Origin: an uncultured virus (IMG/VR IMGVR_UViG_3300011871_000003)
Taxonomy: Duplodnaviria > Heunggongvirae > Uroviricota > Caudoviricetes
DNA length: 39,977 nt
IMG/VR virus record: IMGVR_UViG_3300011871_000003
Reading direction: 5' to 3' (one strand)
This document shows positions 19,383-28,678 of the stretch, in pieces (positions within the stretch are counted from its first letter, which is position 1; every line of letters begins with the position of its first letter). A model generated the notes under the pieces. It was given only the letters and a program-made list of their open reading frames with translations, was not told where the DNA came from and made no database searches. The translations under genes and the position numbers were made by a program.

Positions 19383-20069
19383 ATGAAAAATAACGATTTG
19401 ATTTTGTCTGCGATTATTCAACTACTTACATTTGAAAAAATTAAAAAAAATAGTTTGAATATGGTAGAAGGATTTAAGGACGAAAAGATTATATTCGGTG
19501 CTACAGATTTGGATGATAAAGATGGATTTTTTGCTGGTATTCTTTCTCGTTTTGTTATTCATAGTGAAGCATCTATTGATGATTTAATTAAAGCAAATAT
19601 CATAGAACCTTCTGGAACATATTATTTTTTCGACGAAAATGACGATCAAGTAAAAGTGGATGTAGAAATTGAAAATGGTAAAAAATTATTCTTTGCTAAT
19701 GGTTATGAAGTTGAAGATGAAGATATTTTACCTAAATATAAAATCCATAAAAATACTATAAAAGAAGCGATTAAAATATTTGATACAGTTAAAGATTTTG
19801 TTGAAAAATCACGTTTTACTTTTATTGATAGATCTGTAAGATATGTCATCCCATTATATGTAGCTATTATATTTAAAGCATTAAGAGCAATAAAAAATGA
19901 GAAAAATACGGATATTTCTGAAGTATTAACCGAAATGCTGCATGAGGATAAATTAGTGAACGAAATTAAAAAGACAGAAGTTAGTGAGTTAAATAGTTTT
20001 GCTATAGAAGCTAAAACTCTTGATACTGGAGATTGGAAAGATACTGTAAGTATCCATTACAACTCTTAA
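19383..20069 (+). CDS. hypothetical protein
   Basis: 228 aa, GAGGT RBS, terminator follows. Confidence 0.75.
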   Translation: MKNNDLILSAIIQLLTFEKIKKNSLNMVEGFKDEKIIFGATDLDDKDGFFAGILSRFVIHSEASIDDLIKANIIEPSGTYYFFDENDDQVKVDVEIENGKKLFFANGYEVEDEDILPKYKIHKNTIKEAIKIFDTVKDFVEKSRFTFIDRSVRYVIPLYVAIIFKALRAIKNEKNTDISEVLTEMLHEDKLVNEIKKTEVSELNSFAIEAKTLDTGDWKDTVSIHYNS

Positions 20070-20104
20070 AAACGTTAAGCCTCTCTCCGAGAGGCTTTTT
20101 TTTA

Positions 20105-20133
20105 TTGTGCATAGTCCTAAATTCTGTTATAAT
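20105..20133 (+). promoter_or_regulatory. TTGTGCA-class promoter (4 of 8)
   Basis: TTGTGC(atag)-17 bp-TATAAT with TGn. Confidence 0.8.
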
Positions 20134-20163
20134 GTTCATCTATTAAATAACAGGACTATAGAA

Positions 20164-20622
20164 ATGACAAATATTATCAACTTCCCTCAAAAGAAAAAGC
20201 CTAAAAATGAAGATTATAAACATCTTGTAGATCGGGCAAATTATTTTAAAGAGCTTATTAATCGTTTTAAGCAGGAAAACGAAAGCAGCACTGATTCTTT
20301 ATTCAGTGGCATGTCTAATATGCTTCATAGTAAGCATCCAAAAGAAGTAAGAGATTGTTTTCTTTCATTCTATAACTCTCCAAGTGCTAAAACGTGGTCT
20401 CTTATTCGAGATAAATTGATTGATTACAATACAACATCTTGGCAGGTTTGGACTGCTTATGATTATAACGCGCCACGTTCATTAAGTTGTAAAAGAGACG
20501 AAGAAAAGTATCCGAATCCCGAAGACTTTATTGATTATTATAAACGATATAAAAAGGACCGTATCGAAGATTACACTAATCGTTTAATGGAAGTTGAAGA
20601 GAAGCTAAAAGAATATCAATAA
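20164..20622 (+). CDS. hypothetical protein
   Basis: Start moved to ATG 20164 (AGGA RBS), downstream of the promoter. Confidence 0.75.
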   Translation: MTNIINFPQKKKPKNEDYKHLVDRANYFKELINRFKQENESSTDSLFSGMSNMLHSKHPKEVRDCFLSFYNSPSAKTWSLIRDKLIDYNTTSWQVWTAYDYNAPRSLSCKRDEEKYPNPEDFIDYYKRYKKDRIEDYTNRLMEVEEKLKEYQ

Positions 20623-20635
20623 TAGTAAAAAAAGC

Positions 20636-20664
20636 TTGTATTAAATCAGCATTTCTACTATACT
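20636..20664 (+). promoter_or_regulatory. sigma70 promoter for structured ncRNA
   Basis: TTGTAT-17 bp-TATACT. Confidence 0.7.
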
Positions 20665-20670
20665 TGTTTT

Positions 20671-20876
20671 AAGGAGAAGACTGGTGATGTATTTCCGCCA
20701 GCGCCATAGGCTCTACGGGTAGTGGAACTCTCCTTTTCGATGAAGGTAAAAGATATAGGCATACGCGCAAGAAACAATAGAGGAACATAGCCATCATTGC
20801 GATGGAACTAGCCACGCTTCCCATGTGGACTGAAAAGATAGACTCTATGGCCCCATGATCTCTTTTGCCTTCACCA
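20671..20876 (+). ncRNA. unclassified structured ncRNA (two domains, or two RNAs)
   Basis: GC-elevated island; stems AAGGAGA/TCTCCTT and TGAAGGTAAAAGA/TCTTTTGCCTTCA followed by CCA; flanked by promoter and terminator. Confidence 0.6.
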
Positions 20877-20910
20877 TATTTTATTTCTTGCAGCAAGTAA
20901 GAAAAAGCCA

Positions 20911-20935
20911 AGCTGGAAGAACTCCGGCTTTTTTT
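20911..20935 (+). terminator. intrinsic terminator after ncRNA
   Basis: AGCTGGA-agaac-TCCGGCT plus T-tract. Confidence 0.7.
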
Positions 20936-20953
20936 ATTGCATGAGGTTTATAT

Positions 20954-21127
20954 ATGACCAAAGATCGTTTAAATGATATTGAACAACAATTATTCAAACT
21001 TCAAGTAGAACTTCAAGGTTATATTAGTGGCTTAGGCTCTAATACAGTTTTGCAAGATAGGGCAATAGCTTATATTAGTGAAGCCAGAAAAAATATTGAA
21101 TCACTTTCTAAAGTTATAAAGGATTAA
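20954..21127 (+). CDS. small helical protein (57 aa, not in ORF track)
   Basis: GAGGT RBS; MTKDRLNDIEQQLFKLQ...VIKD*. Confidence 0.65.
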   Translation: MTKDRLNDIEQQLFKLQVELQGYISGLGSNTVLQDRAIAYISEARKNIESLSKVIKD

Positions 21128-21134
21128 TTTTATT

Positions 21135-21626
21135 ATGGGATATCAGGCCGATAGTATTGCGAATTACTTTATTGATAAATCAAATGAAGGTTTAATGTTT
21201 GATTTAAATCCAATGAAGCTACAACGCTTATTATTTATATCGGAGGCTTGGCATAGGGAGATTTATAAAGAAAGTTTAATACAAGATATATTTTCTATGT
21301 GGCCTCATGGTCCCGTTATTCCAAGTTTATATCATAAGTTAAAATATAATCGAGACAAAGTGATAACAAAATATGTAGCTTCATTTATGGAAGGTCGGTA
21401 TATAGTAAGCTCGCATGTAAATAAAGAAGATAACCAAACAAAAGCATTATTAGATAAGATTACAGAAACTCATAATGAATATAGAAGTAACCAATTAGCT
21501 ACAATTATTCTTCAAAATATTCCGAAAATAAAAGAATCTGATCCAATTCTACCTTATGTATTCTCTTGCTATATAGATAAAAGTCTTGGTAGAAATAACG
21601 TAATAGAAATGAATAAATTTCGATAA
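21135..21626 (+). CDS. Panacea/SocA/GepA (DUF4065) antitoxin-like protein
   Basis: IANYFI...LNPMKLQRLLF...FSMWPHGPVIPSLY. Confidence 0.85.
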   Translation: MGYQADSIANYFIDKSNEGLMFDLNPMKLQRLLFISEAWHREIYKESLIQDIFSMWPHGPVIPSLYHKLKYNRDKVITKYVASFMEGRYIVSSHVNKEDNQTKALLDKITETHNEYRSNQLATIILQNIPKIKESDPILPYVFSCYIDKSLGRNNVIEMNKFR

Positions 21627-21637
21627 AGAGGTATAAT

Positions 21638-22150
21638 ATGCATTCATCTATAGCTGTAGCAAATGAGCTTTATAAAATCCATAGAAGAAAAAGAATTGGC
21701 TTGCTTCCTTTAAGAAGGATTTTAAAGTATATTCATATCTGTGATGTAATGTGTTATGCCTTTTATGAAAGAAAACTTGTAGAAGAACTCACAATGTATT
21801 GCCAATTTGGACCTATGTATGAAGGTTTAATGAGAGAAATGGAAGGATTCGGTAATCGCGATCTGAGTTGTGAACTGACTTTACCTAGATATAATATAGA
21901 TGGAGAATTTGTTGGTCGCTTCATACCATCAATCAAAGAAAAACTATTTTTAGAATTAATTGAAAATGTTTATGATATTTTTAGCCAGAAAACAGATAAA
22001 GAGCTTATGGATTTTGTATTACTTGCCTCAATGCCTGTTGGATTGGCAAAAAAAGAAAAAGCAATGTATGTAACGATGAAACACATAAAAAAATCTTCAT
22101 CTCTCTTAAAAGAAGAAACTGAAAAAAATAAGATTTTATTAGTGAAATAA
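21638..22150 (+). CDS. divergent Panacea/DUF4065-like protein
   Basis: SIAVANEL...ILKYIHI...QFGPM...LIENVYDIFS follows the DUF4065 pattern. Confidence 0.6.
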   Translation: MHSSIAVANELYKIHRRKRIGLLPLRRILKYIHICDVMCYAFYERKLVEELTMYCQFGPMYEGLMREMEGFGNRDLSCELTLPRYNIDGEFVGRFIPSIKEKLFLELIENVYDIFSQKTDKELMDFVLLASMPVGLAKKEKAMYVTMKHIKKSSSLLKEETEKNKILLVK

Positions 22151-22153
22151 TAG

Positions 22154-22182
22154 TTGTGCAGGAAAGTTCAATGTAGTATACT
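22154..22182 (+). promoter_or_regulatory. TTGTGCA-class promoter (5 of 8)
   Basis: TTGTGC(agga)-17 bp-TATACT. Confidence 0.7.
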
Positions 22183-22219
22183 TCTTTTGTTGATTTTTCA
22201 CTTACTAAGAGATTAAAAA

Positions 22220-22510
22220 ATGACAGAAACCATTTCTCCTGAACTGAAAAAAGTAATTAAAGAAACTATTTCTGAAAATACACGAGCGATTAATGAAAAC
22301 AACTTTCAGCGTTGTTCAACTGAACAAGTAGTACGTAATAAAAAAACAGGGGCTGTTTTTTCAGTGATTTTCGATCATGGTATGGGTCAATATAAGTTTA
22401 CACCAATGACGCGAAGTACTCGTGGTGTTCATTATCGAAACAACCTCGATGGAATGGAGCTTGCCGGAACAGGTAAAGCCCAAAAAGAATATACGTCAGC
22501 AGTAATCTAA
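22220..22510 (+). CDS. hypothetical protein
   Basis: 96 aa between promoter and terminator. Confidence 0.75.
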   Translation: MTETISPELKKVIKETISENTRAINENNFQRCSTEQVVRNKKTGAVFSVIFDHGMGQYKFTPMTRSTRGVHYRNNLDGMELAGTGKAQKEYTSAVI

Positions 22511-22511
22511 T

Positions 22512-22534
22512 AAAAAGGGCTTAGGCCCTTTTTT
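22512..22534 (+). terminator. intrinsic terminator
   Basis: AAAAAGGGC-ttag-GCCCTTTTTT. Confidence 0.8.
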
Positions 22535-22554
22535 AACATAAAAAAGGAAATAAA

Positions 22555-23421
22555 ATGATTTCAGAATTAACCGTTAATATTGATCTTGTTAAGAACACGC
22601 CTGATTATAAATATATTGCTGAACTGCCTCTGTTAAAAGATGATGGTAAAATTGCTTTTAAAGAAGGTTTAAATGTTATTTTTGCTCCAAATGGTAGTGG
22701 TAAAACAACTATCCTTGAAATGCTTGCAAAAGCTACTCATAGTCGTGAATGGGGCTATTCTCGTCCTACCAAGAAATCAATGCTTGATGAAAAGTTGTTA
22801 AGAAAGATTTCTAAAGAAGAAATGGATGCGCGTGATTTGTCTTTTTATAGCCTCTTTGCTGTAGAGCCATTTTTTGAAGTTAAACATGATGCTCAAACAG
22901 TTTTATTCTGTGATCCTAAATTTATTGTAGGTGGTTTTGGTGCAGATGATACGTTAAATTTTGGCTATGAATATATGTCTGCCCATAAAGAAGAGCATAT
23001 TAATGTTAAAGGTTCTACAGGTAATAAAAACAAACATAGAATGTCATTGGTTAATGATGTTCTCGATGGTATTAAAAAAGTTGATTCAAAAATCGATGAT
23101 AAATATACATCAAAAATGAGTTTATCCTCTATTGATAGATTTAAAGCTGAAAAGTTTAATTTAGATTATCTGCAACCTTCTATTGAAAAAGGCCAGACAA
23201 CAATTCTTATTGATGAGCCTGAAACAGCTTTAGATTTAAGAGAAAAGATTAAATGGTTTAAAAGCCTTGAAGAAAAAGTAAAAAAACAGAATCTTCAAGT
23301 AATTTTAATTACGCATTCTGAGCTTGCTTTAACATTTAAAGATGCTAATTTTATTACATCTGATAATGCTTATATCGAAGAAGCAAGAAACGAATTTCTA
23401 TCTCTTATTAATATTGTTTAA
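22555..23421 (+). CDS. soluble ABC/AAA-family ATPase
   Basis: Walker A APNGSGKTT, STG signature, Walker B ILIDEPE, H-loop ITHS. Confidence 0.88.
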   Translation: MISELTVNIDLVKNTPDYKYIAELPLLKDDGKIAFKEGLNVIFAPNGSGKTTILEMLAKATHSREWGYSRPTKKSMLDEKLLRKISKEEMDARDLSFYSLFAVEPFFEVKHDAQTVLFCDPKFIVGGFGADDTLNFGYEYMSAHKEEHINVKGSTGNKNKHRMSLVNDVLDGIKKVDSKIDDKYTSKMSLSSIDRFKAEKFNLDYLQPSIEKGQTTILIDEPETALDLREKIKWFKSLEEKVKKQNLQVILITHSELALTFKDANFITSDNAYIEEARNEFLSLINIV

Positions 23422-23438
23422 TAAAAAACGAGGTAACC

Positions 23439-23849
23439 ATGATAATATTACAAAATGACTATAGACCTCCTCCCGGAGGTGTTCATAAAGTAGATCATAA
23501 TCTCATAGTATTAGCAGCAAAAAAAGCAAGATACAGAGATAATATGTCTCAAAAAGTCAATTATCGTTTAAAAACAACATTCAGAGAAACAAAATGGTTA
23601 ATATTTAAATTTAAAGTTTCTCAGTTAGAAATAATATGCGACAAATTAGGGCATTTTACGAGTAATTATTCTCAGTTATGGAATATTGCTTATGATTGTG
23701 GATTTATATCAGAGCATGAACGAGATGTTTTAAATTTAAAAGCTCTAGATTCTTCAAAAGTTGAAGCAATGTTGTTATCCAAGGAAAACTATTTGTCTAC
23801 CGCCGAAATGGTAAAGTTAACAGAAACATTAAAAATTAATGAAATATAA
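23439..23849 (+). CDS. hypothetical protein
   Basis: GAGGT RBS, 136 aa. Confidence 0.7.
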   Translation: MIILQNDYRPPPGGVHKVDHNLIVLAAKKARYRDNMSQKVNYRLKTTFRETKWLIFKFKVSQLEIICDKLGHFTSNYSQLWNIAYDCGFISEHERDVLNLKALDSSKVEAMLLSKENYLSTAEMVKLTETLKINEI

Positions 23850-23871
23850 AAAAGCCCCTGATGGGGCTTTT

Positions 23872-24045
23872 TTATTTAAATAATAAAAAGAAAATAAAAA
23901 ATATAGCGATAATATATAAAATAACCTCTATTTTAAACCTATTGAAAACATTTGATATGTTTTGATTATGTTTTTCAAAAATATTATCAATCCTTTTATT
24001 ACTTTCATCAAATATTTGTTCAAGTGTTTTATTTTGTTTTTTCAT
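23872..24045 (-). CDS. small protein with C-terminal TM helix (57 aa, not in ORF track)
   Basis: GAGG RBS; ends VILYIIAIFFIFFLLFK*. Confidence 0.55.
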   Translation of the reverse strand: MKKQNKTLEQIFDESNKRIDNIFEKHNQNISNVFNRFKIEVILYIIAIFFIFFLLFK

Positions 24046-24051
24046 AAGCCC

Positions 24052-24423
24052 TCAATTTTGAGATAAAATCAATATTGGATATTCTGCTGGAATAAAAACC
24101 TCAAATCCAAAACTTTCGTACCATTTTTGAAGATTAAAGAGGTTTTCTTCTGCTGTATCACATTCCAAAAAAATGTAGTCACATTCATCACATTCAGACA
24201 GAAAAGATTCAATTAAAAATGTTCCTTCACCATTTGAGCGGTTATCTTCATCAACATGCATAGTATTTAGAAAAGCAATTGTTACAGGCGTATTATAGGT
24301 AGGTGCTTCAAAACCTCTTTCAGCAAACCAATTCTGAAGTTGCTCAGCTGTAGATGAAATTTTGTAACCTTCAAGGGAACCGTTATTACTGTCAACATAA
24401 ATCATTTGTGGTTTACTATACAT
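24052..24423 (-). CDS. GNAT family N-acetyltransferase
   Basis: TMHVDEDNRSNGEGTFL (motif A); LQKWYESFGF (motif B). Confidence 0.8.
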   Translation of the reverse strand: MYSKPQMIYVDSNNGSLEGYKISSTAEQLQNWFAERGFEAPTYNTPVTIAFLNTMHVDEDNRSNGEGTFLIESFLSECDECDYIFLECDTAEENLFNLQKWYESFGFEVFIPAEYPILILSQN

Positions 24424-24597
24424 TTGAATATCCTCATTATGTTTGAAGGTATATTATAACATGTTTGAGTATGCTAAACAATTGTTATTGATAAATAGAA
24501 GTAATATGTTATTGTAAAACGTTAGGATTAAAAAGAGGTGAAAATGAGAATAATAAATACATCATAATTATTTCCTTCATAAACCAAGGAGAAAGTT

Positions 24598-24885
24598 ATG
24601 GCAAAATTAACATTAAAAGAAATAGAAAATAGTTTTTATAATATATATGAAGAACATGAATATATTAAAAATGTAGATTTAAAAGCTACAGGAATGGAAT
24701 ATATCATACCACTTATTGTTAAAGAAAATTTAGAAATAAATAAAAAGGATATAAGAATAAGTTGGGAAGGAGTGATTGGAGAATATTGTATATATATAAA
24801 TAACAAATGGTCAGGTTATATTGAATGGCATCATTTTGAAGGGTTATCAGAAAATGAATATTATCAATATAACAATCTTGATTAG
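24598..24885 (+). CDS. hypothetical protein (paralog of 18941..19273)
   Basis: AAGGAG RBS; shared EYCIYI..WSGY. Confidence 0.75.
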   Translation: MAKLTLKEIENSFYNIYEEHEYIKNVDLKATGMEYIIPLIVKENLEINKKDIRISWEGVIGEYCIYINNKWSGYIEWHHFEGLSENEYYQYNNLD

Positions 24886-24927
24886 GTTGTTGTTTTTATA
24901 AATAGAAAAATAAAAAAGGAAAATAAA

Positions 24928-25779
24928 ATGACGGCACCATGTAAAATTGTAGCAAGGCTTAAAAACGATAAAATAATAAGTACTTATTCGGAACTTCCAG
25001 ATCTTTTTGCTCTTTGTTTTGAAGAGGAAGATTTTTTAGAAATGATGAATGAACACGAAAAAATAATGAATGAAAAGAATTTTGATATTATAAATCATAT
25101 ACCCGATTCTTTAGAACCTTGTGGAGAAGGTATTATTTTTTATGACTATAAAAATAAATATGCATTCTCATGCCAAGATTATTGTAATATTTTGGATTTC
25201 CATGTACGTAGCATTACTAATGAAAGTCTTTTCGAGCTTTTTATTTATGGTAAAGAAAGTTTAAAAGATTTATTTATAGATATTAATGAATACATGTTTG
25301 GAGAAAAGACTAAAAAACTTGAAGAAAAAATAATAAAAGTATTGCAAGAAAAATTATTATTTACAGATATATTTAGTGAAGATTCCCTTAATTTTAAAGA
25401 TACTTATAATTGTTTAAATAATTTTTTATATGAAAGGGAAAATACACACATAAAGTATAAAGTATTTAACAAAGTTAAAAATGAAGGTTGTTTTAAAAAG
25501 AAATTAAACAATGAAGAACTAAAAATAAAAGATTTAAATGTTTTTGATGCTTTATACTCATTTTATATTATAGATGAAAAATTTGGAAAAAGAGTAGATC
25601 CTTATTTAGCTATTTTAAATATAGAGTACCTTAATTGGAAACTTATTTTTAATAGCAAAGATAATACTGAAAATTTAAAATCTTTGAGAAACTACATGGA
25701 ACAAGAAAGTCTTTTAAGCGAAGATGATAAATCAAAATGGAATGAGTTTATATCTTATCAAGAAAATAGAAATTGTTAA
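24928..25779 (+). CDS. hypothetical protein
   Basis: 283 aa, AAGGA RBS. Confidence 0.7.
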   Translation: MTAPCKIVARLKNDKIISTYSELPDLFALCFEEEDFLEMMNEHEKIMNEKNFDIINHIPDSLEPCGEGIIFYDYKNKYAFSCQDYCNILDFHVRSITNESLFELFIYGKESLKDLFIDINEYMFGEKTKKLEEKIIKVLQEKLLFTDIFSEDSLNFKDTYNCLNNFLYERENTHIKYKVFNKVKNEGCFKKKLNNEELKIKDLNVFDALYSFYIIDEKFGKRVDPYLAILNIEYLNWKLIFNSKDNTENLKSLRNYMEQESLLSEDDKSKWNEFISYQENRNC

Positions 25780-25885
25780 TAAAATTTTAACATGATAAAA
25801 AGGACCTCCGAGGTCCTTTTTATTTTGCAGTTGATGATCATTTTATGCTATTATAATATATACAAAATAATATGAGGAAATAAAA

Positions 25886-26161
25886 ATGAAAAAAGACATC
25901 GGTTATATTGCATCAGTCACTGAATGGGAAGGTTCATGGGATCGTCCAGATGGTTATGTTTTGGCAGATTCAATGGAGGCAGGGCTTGCTAAGAAGAAAT
26001 GGATTCATTCACGAGGAACAAAAGAAGAATATTCAATTGTAGAAGATTTTCGAATTATTGAACTGACAGAAGAAGGGGTTAAACTATTGAATGATTCTCC
26101 TGAAAAAGCTGAATGGATCTTCAAAGATATTACTAAATATGCTATTTTTCCTAATGAATAA
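25886..26161 (+). CDS. hypothetical protein
   Basis: GAGGA RBS; EWEGSWDRPDG. Confidence 0.75.
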   Translation: MKKDIGYIASVTEWEGSWDRPDGYVLADSMEAGLAKKKWIHSRGTKEEYSIVEDFRIIELTEEGVKLLNDSPEKAEWIFKDITKYAIFPNE

Positions 26162-26582
26162 GATAGATAAAAGCCTATTTTGTTTTGAAGAAAAAAAACA
26201 AAATAAAACAGCTATAAAAATATGTAATACATTTAACAAGAAATATACGCTTCTTGATAGTGGAAGAAACCGGTTGGTATTTAAACTAAAAAGTGGGAAT
26301 TATGTATTAAAGTTCCCACTGAACGAAGATGGTGTATCAGATAACGATTGGGAAGCCTCTACATGCTCAAATAAGAATGATGGAGATAGAGATGAGGTTC
26401 AATGGCCTAAAACCCGTTATATTGAGATTGAAGGCTTTATTTGCTGTATAATGGAATATATTGAGCCAATAACATCGTTTGAAGATAAAAAATTACCGGA
26501 TTGGATAAACTCTGTTGATGGTGGACAAGTAGGTTATAATAAAAAAGGATTATTGTTGGCATATGACTATGGTTTACGCTAA
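26154..26582 (+). CDS. minimal protein-kinase-like fold protein
   Basis: DSGRNRLVF (Gly loop), YVLK, WE, IMEY, VDGGQVG, DYG (DFG-like). Confidence 0.6.
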   Translation: MNKIDKSLFCFEEKKQNKTAIKICNTFNKKYTLLDSGRNRLVFKLKSGNYVLKFPLNEDGVSDNDWEASTCSNKNDGDRDEVQWPKTRYIEIEGFICCIMEYIEPITSFEDKKLPDWINSVDGGQVGYNKKGLLLAYDYGLR

Positions 26583-26680
26583 ATGGTCAAGTAGGACAGA
26601 AGCCATATCCGGTAATTAAGTAGTAAAGTAAAAAATAAATGAGTCTATTCTATAAAAAAAGACACTCCCTGTGTCTTTTT

Positions 26681-27142
26681 TTAATTAGTTAATTTGAACA
26701 ATTTCTGTAACCATTCCTGATGGCTTAAAATTAGAAACAGTAAATCGAGNNNNNNNNNNNNNNNNNNNNNNNNNNNNNNNNNNNNNNNNNNNNNNNNNNN
26801 NNAATTTGAAACTTTTCTTATCCATTTAACTGAAATTGTCTTTAATCCATTCTCCACTATAGCCTGATAAATTTTGGCAGATTCTAAAAGCACTTGATCT
26901 CCCGGATATACTTCAATATTAAAATTTGGAGCATCGTTAGAAATTTTAAAAGTGATGTTATCACATGTTTTGACAATAAAGGTATTTTCATTTTTTTCTA
27001 ATACAGTAGCTAATAAGTGGACTCCATGTTTAATCCTTGAATTACGCATAAAAATAAGATCTTGGATATTTTGGTTAATCCTTCTAATTTTTCTTTTCAT
27101 ACGGCCTTTAGATTTTTTAATATCACTTTTATTTTTTTTCAT
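26681..27142 (-). CDS. hypothetical basic protein (C-terminus uncertain across N-gap)
   Basis: GGAG RBS; frame after the gap is ambiguous (alternative stop at 26685). Confidence 0.6.
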   Translation of the reverse strand: MKKNKSDIKKSKGRMKRKIRRINQNIQDLIFMRNSRIKHGVHLLATVLEKNENTFIVKTCDNITFKISNDAPNFNIEVYPGDQVLLESAKIYQAIVENGLKTISVKWIRKVSNXXXXXXXXXXXXXXXXXXLDLLFLILSHQEWLQKLFKLTN

Positions 27143-27273
27143 TTTTTCTCCAATTATGTAATGATGAAGTATGATTATAAATCAAAGTTAAATAGAAATA
27201 AATGATTATTTTTGATCTTTTTGTGATGAAATAGTAAAGTAAAAAATGAGTAAAAAATAAATTAGGAGTCCTT

Positions 27274-27483
27274 ATGTCAAAAAAAGTAAATGTTGTTATT
27301 TCAACGGATCTAGAAACTTTAAAAATACTGGAAAGTCTTGAAATAGATGCTGGAGATCTTTTAGCTGAAGCTGCTAGGATAAAGTTAAAAGTATGGCAAG
27401 AAAAATGGAAAGAAGACAATAAAGAGGCTATGAAAGAGATGAATAGATTTACTGAAAAACATGGTCATTTTAGAGCCGAATAA
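27274..27483 (+). CDS. ccdA: CcdA-like antitoxin (orphan)
   Basis: RHH-like N-terminus KVNVVISTD; EKWKEDNKEAMKEMNRFTEKHG matches CcdA ERWKAENQEGMAEVARFIEMNG. Confidence 0.8.
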   Translation: MSKKVNVVISTDLETLKILESLEIDAGDLLAEAARIKLKVWQEKWKEDNKEAMKEMNRFTEKHGHFRAE

Positions 27484-27491
27484 TGAATATA

Positions 27492-27519
27492 AAGGGACCT
27501 CGGAGGTCCCTTATTTTTT
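27492..27519. terminator. terminator between ccdA-like gene and convergent ORF
   Basis: AAGGGACCT-cgg-AGGTCCCTT plus T-tract. Confidence 0.8.
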
Positions 27520-27721
27520 AATAGTGATATTGGAAATTAAAAGTTTTTTGAGGATTACCATCTTTATCTTTACCTTCTGAAATACGGTAAACGTTATGTG
27601 CAAGTGGATAGCCAATACCAACCTGATCACCACCTTTTACATGTGGAAGGGCCTCTTCTTGTGAAAAATAAACAGGATGTTGTGGGATCGCTTTTACTTT
27701 TTGACAACGACAAGTACTCAT
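27518..27721 (-). CDS. small hypothetical protein
   Basis: 67 aa, GAGAG RBS, converges on terminator. Confidence 0.6.
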   Translation of the reverse strand: MSTCRCQKVKAIPQHPVYFSQEEALPHVKGGDQVGIGYPLAHNVYRISEGKDKDGNPQKTFNFQYHY

Positions 27722-27913
27722 ATTTTCTCTCTTTGTTAAGTGTGATTTATATGGGTAGTGTACTAAAAATTCATATTAAAAACAACAAAAAATTAAAGTT
27801 TTTGTTTGATTTATCCGATAAGGTTGAGGAATAGAAAAACATACGATTAATTTAACTTTATGTTTTTAAAGGTTTATATTTGTAATATTTTTCTAAAAAT
27901 ATCTATTTTTTAC

Positions 27914-27942
27914 TTGTGCATAACAACGATGTTTGCTATACT
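27914..27942 (+). promoter_or_regulatory. TTGTGCA-class promoter (6 of 8)
   Basis: TTGTGC(ataac)-17 bp-TATACT with TGn. Confidence 0.8.
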
Positions 27943-27972
27943 ATTTTCATGTTGAGGGAGGAGAGATAAAAG

Positions 27973-28401
27973 ATGAATAGTTTGAAGGTAACAGCTATAG
28001 AAAATTTTAACTCGAATTATTTTGCTATGCGTCAGGTTCCTATAATGAATCTGCATAAACATAGTAAAAATGCCCCTTCTTTCAAAGAAGATATTGAAGA
28101 TAAAGAAAGAGTGATTTTCTTGCCTATTAAGAGTCATAATGTAGAGAGTATAGGTTTCATTCTTCGGAATGAAGGTGAGAAAAATGAGGACGCATCGGCA
28201 TTTGTTGTAGAGTTATCTGATTTCATGTATTCTTTTGATGGAAAAGTTAATGCTGGAAGAAAAGAGAAAAAGTTATCAAAAACTTATTCTTTAATTGATT
28301 TTAATAGTAAATTTGTATTTTTTAACGAAGAAATCACGGATTACCAAATGAATCAAGAAAAGGTAATCAGTATATTTAAAAATGTATTCGAAATCCAATA
28401 G
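27973..28401 (+). CDS. hypothetical protein
   Basis: 142 aa, GGAG RBS. Confidence 0.75.
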   Translation: MNSLKVTAIENFNSNYFAMRQVPIMNLHKHSKNAPSFKEDIEDKERVIFLPIKSHNVESIGFILRNEGEKNEDASAFVVELSDFMYSFDGKVNAGRKEKKLSKTYSLIDFNSKFVFFNEEITDYQMNQEKVISIFKNVFEIQ

Positions 28402-28411
28402 GAGTTAATAT

Positions 28412-28678
28412 ATGTCATATTTTTTCTGTAAAGCTCAAAAACGTACTGGTGAATGTGAAACCACTTTTAAATATATGATTCAGTCTGAATCTATGGAACA
28501 AGCCAAAGTTGACGCTTGGGAATATCTGAAAGATTATTTTGGCGATGTAACAGAAGTCAATGAAGAAGAAAGACAGGTAGAGCTGGATTACGGTACCAGT
28601 CTTGTTACTTTCAAAGACGATATCACGCAAGTTAGTGATGCTGTCGGTGAGGAACTTAGTTCTAAAAATCTCATGTAA
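28412..28678 (+). CDS. hypothetical protein
   Basis: AGGAG RBS. Confidence 0.75.
   Translation: MSYFFCKAQKRTGECETTFKYMIQSESMEQAKVDAWEYLKDYFGDVTEVNEEERQVELDYGTSLVTFKDDITQVSDAVGEELSSKNLM

Noticed and set aside
20669..20911. 80-aa minus-strand ORF over the structured RNA
   Set aside because: No RBS, atypical composition, antisense to a clear promoter-terminator unit.
20671..20930. CsrB/RsmZ-type GGA decoy RNA
   Set aside because: The GGA motifs sit mostly in or beside stems rather than in repeated hairpin loops.
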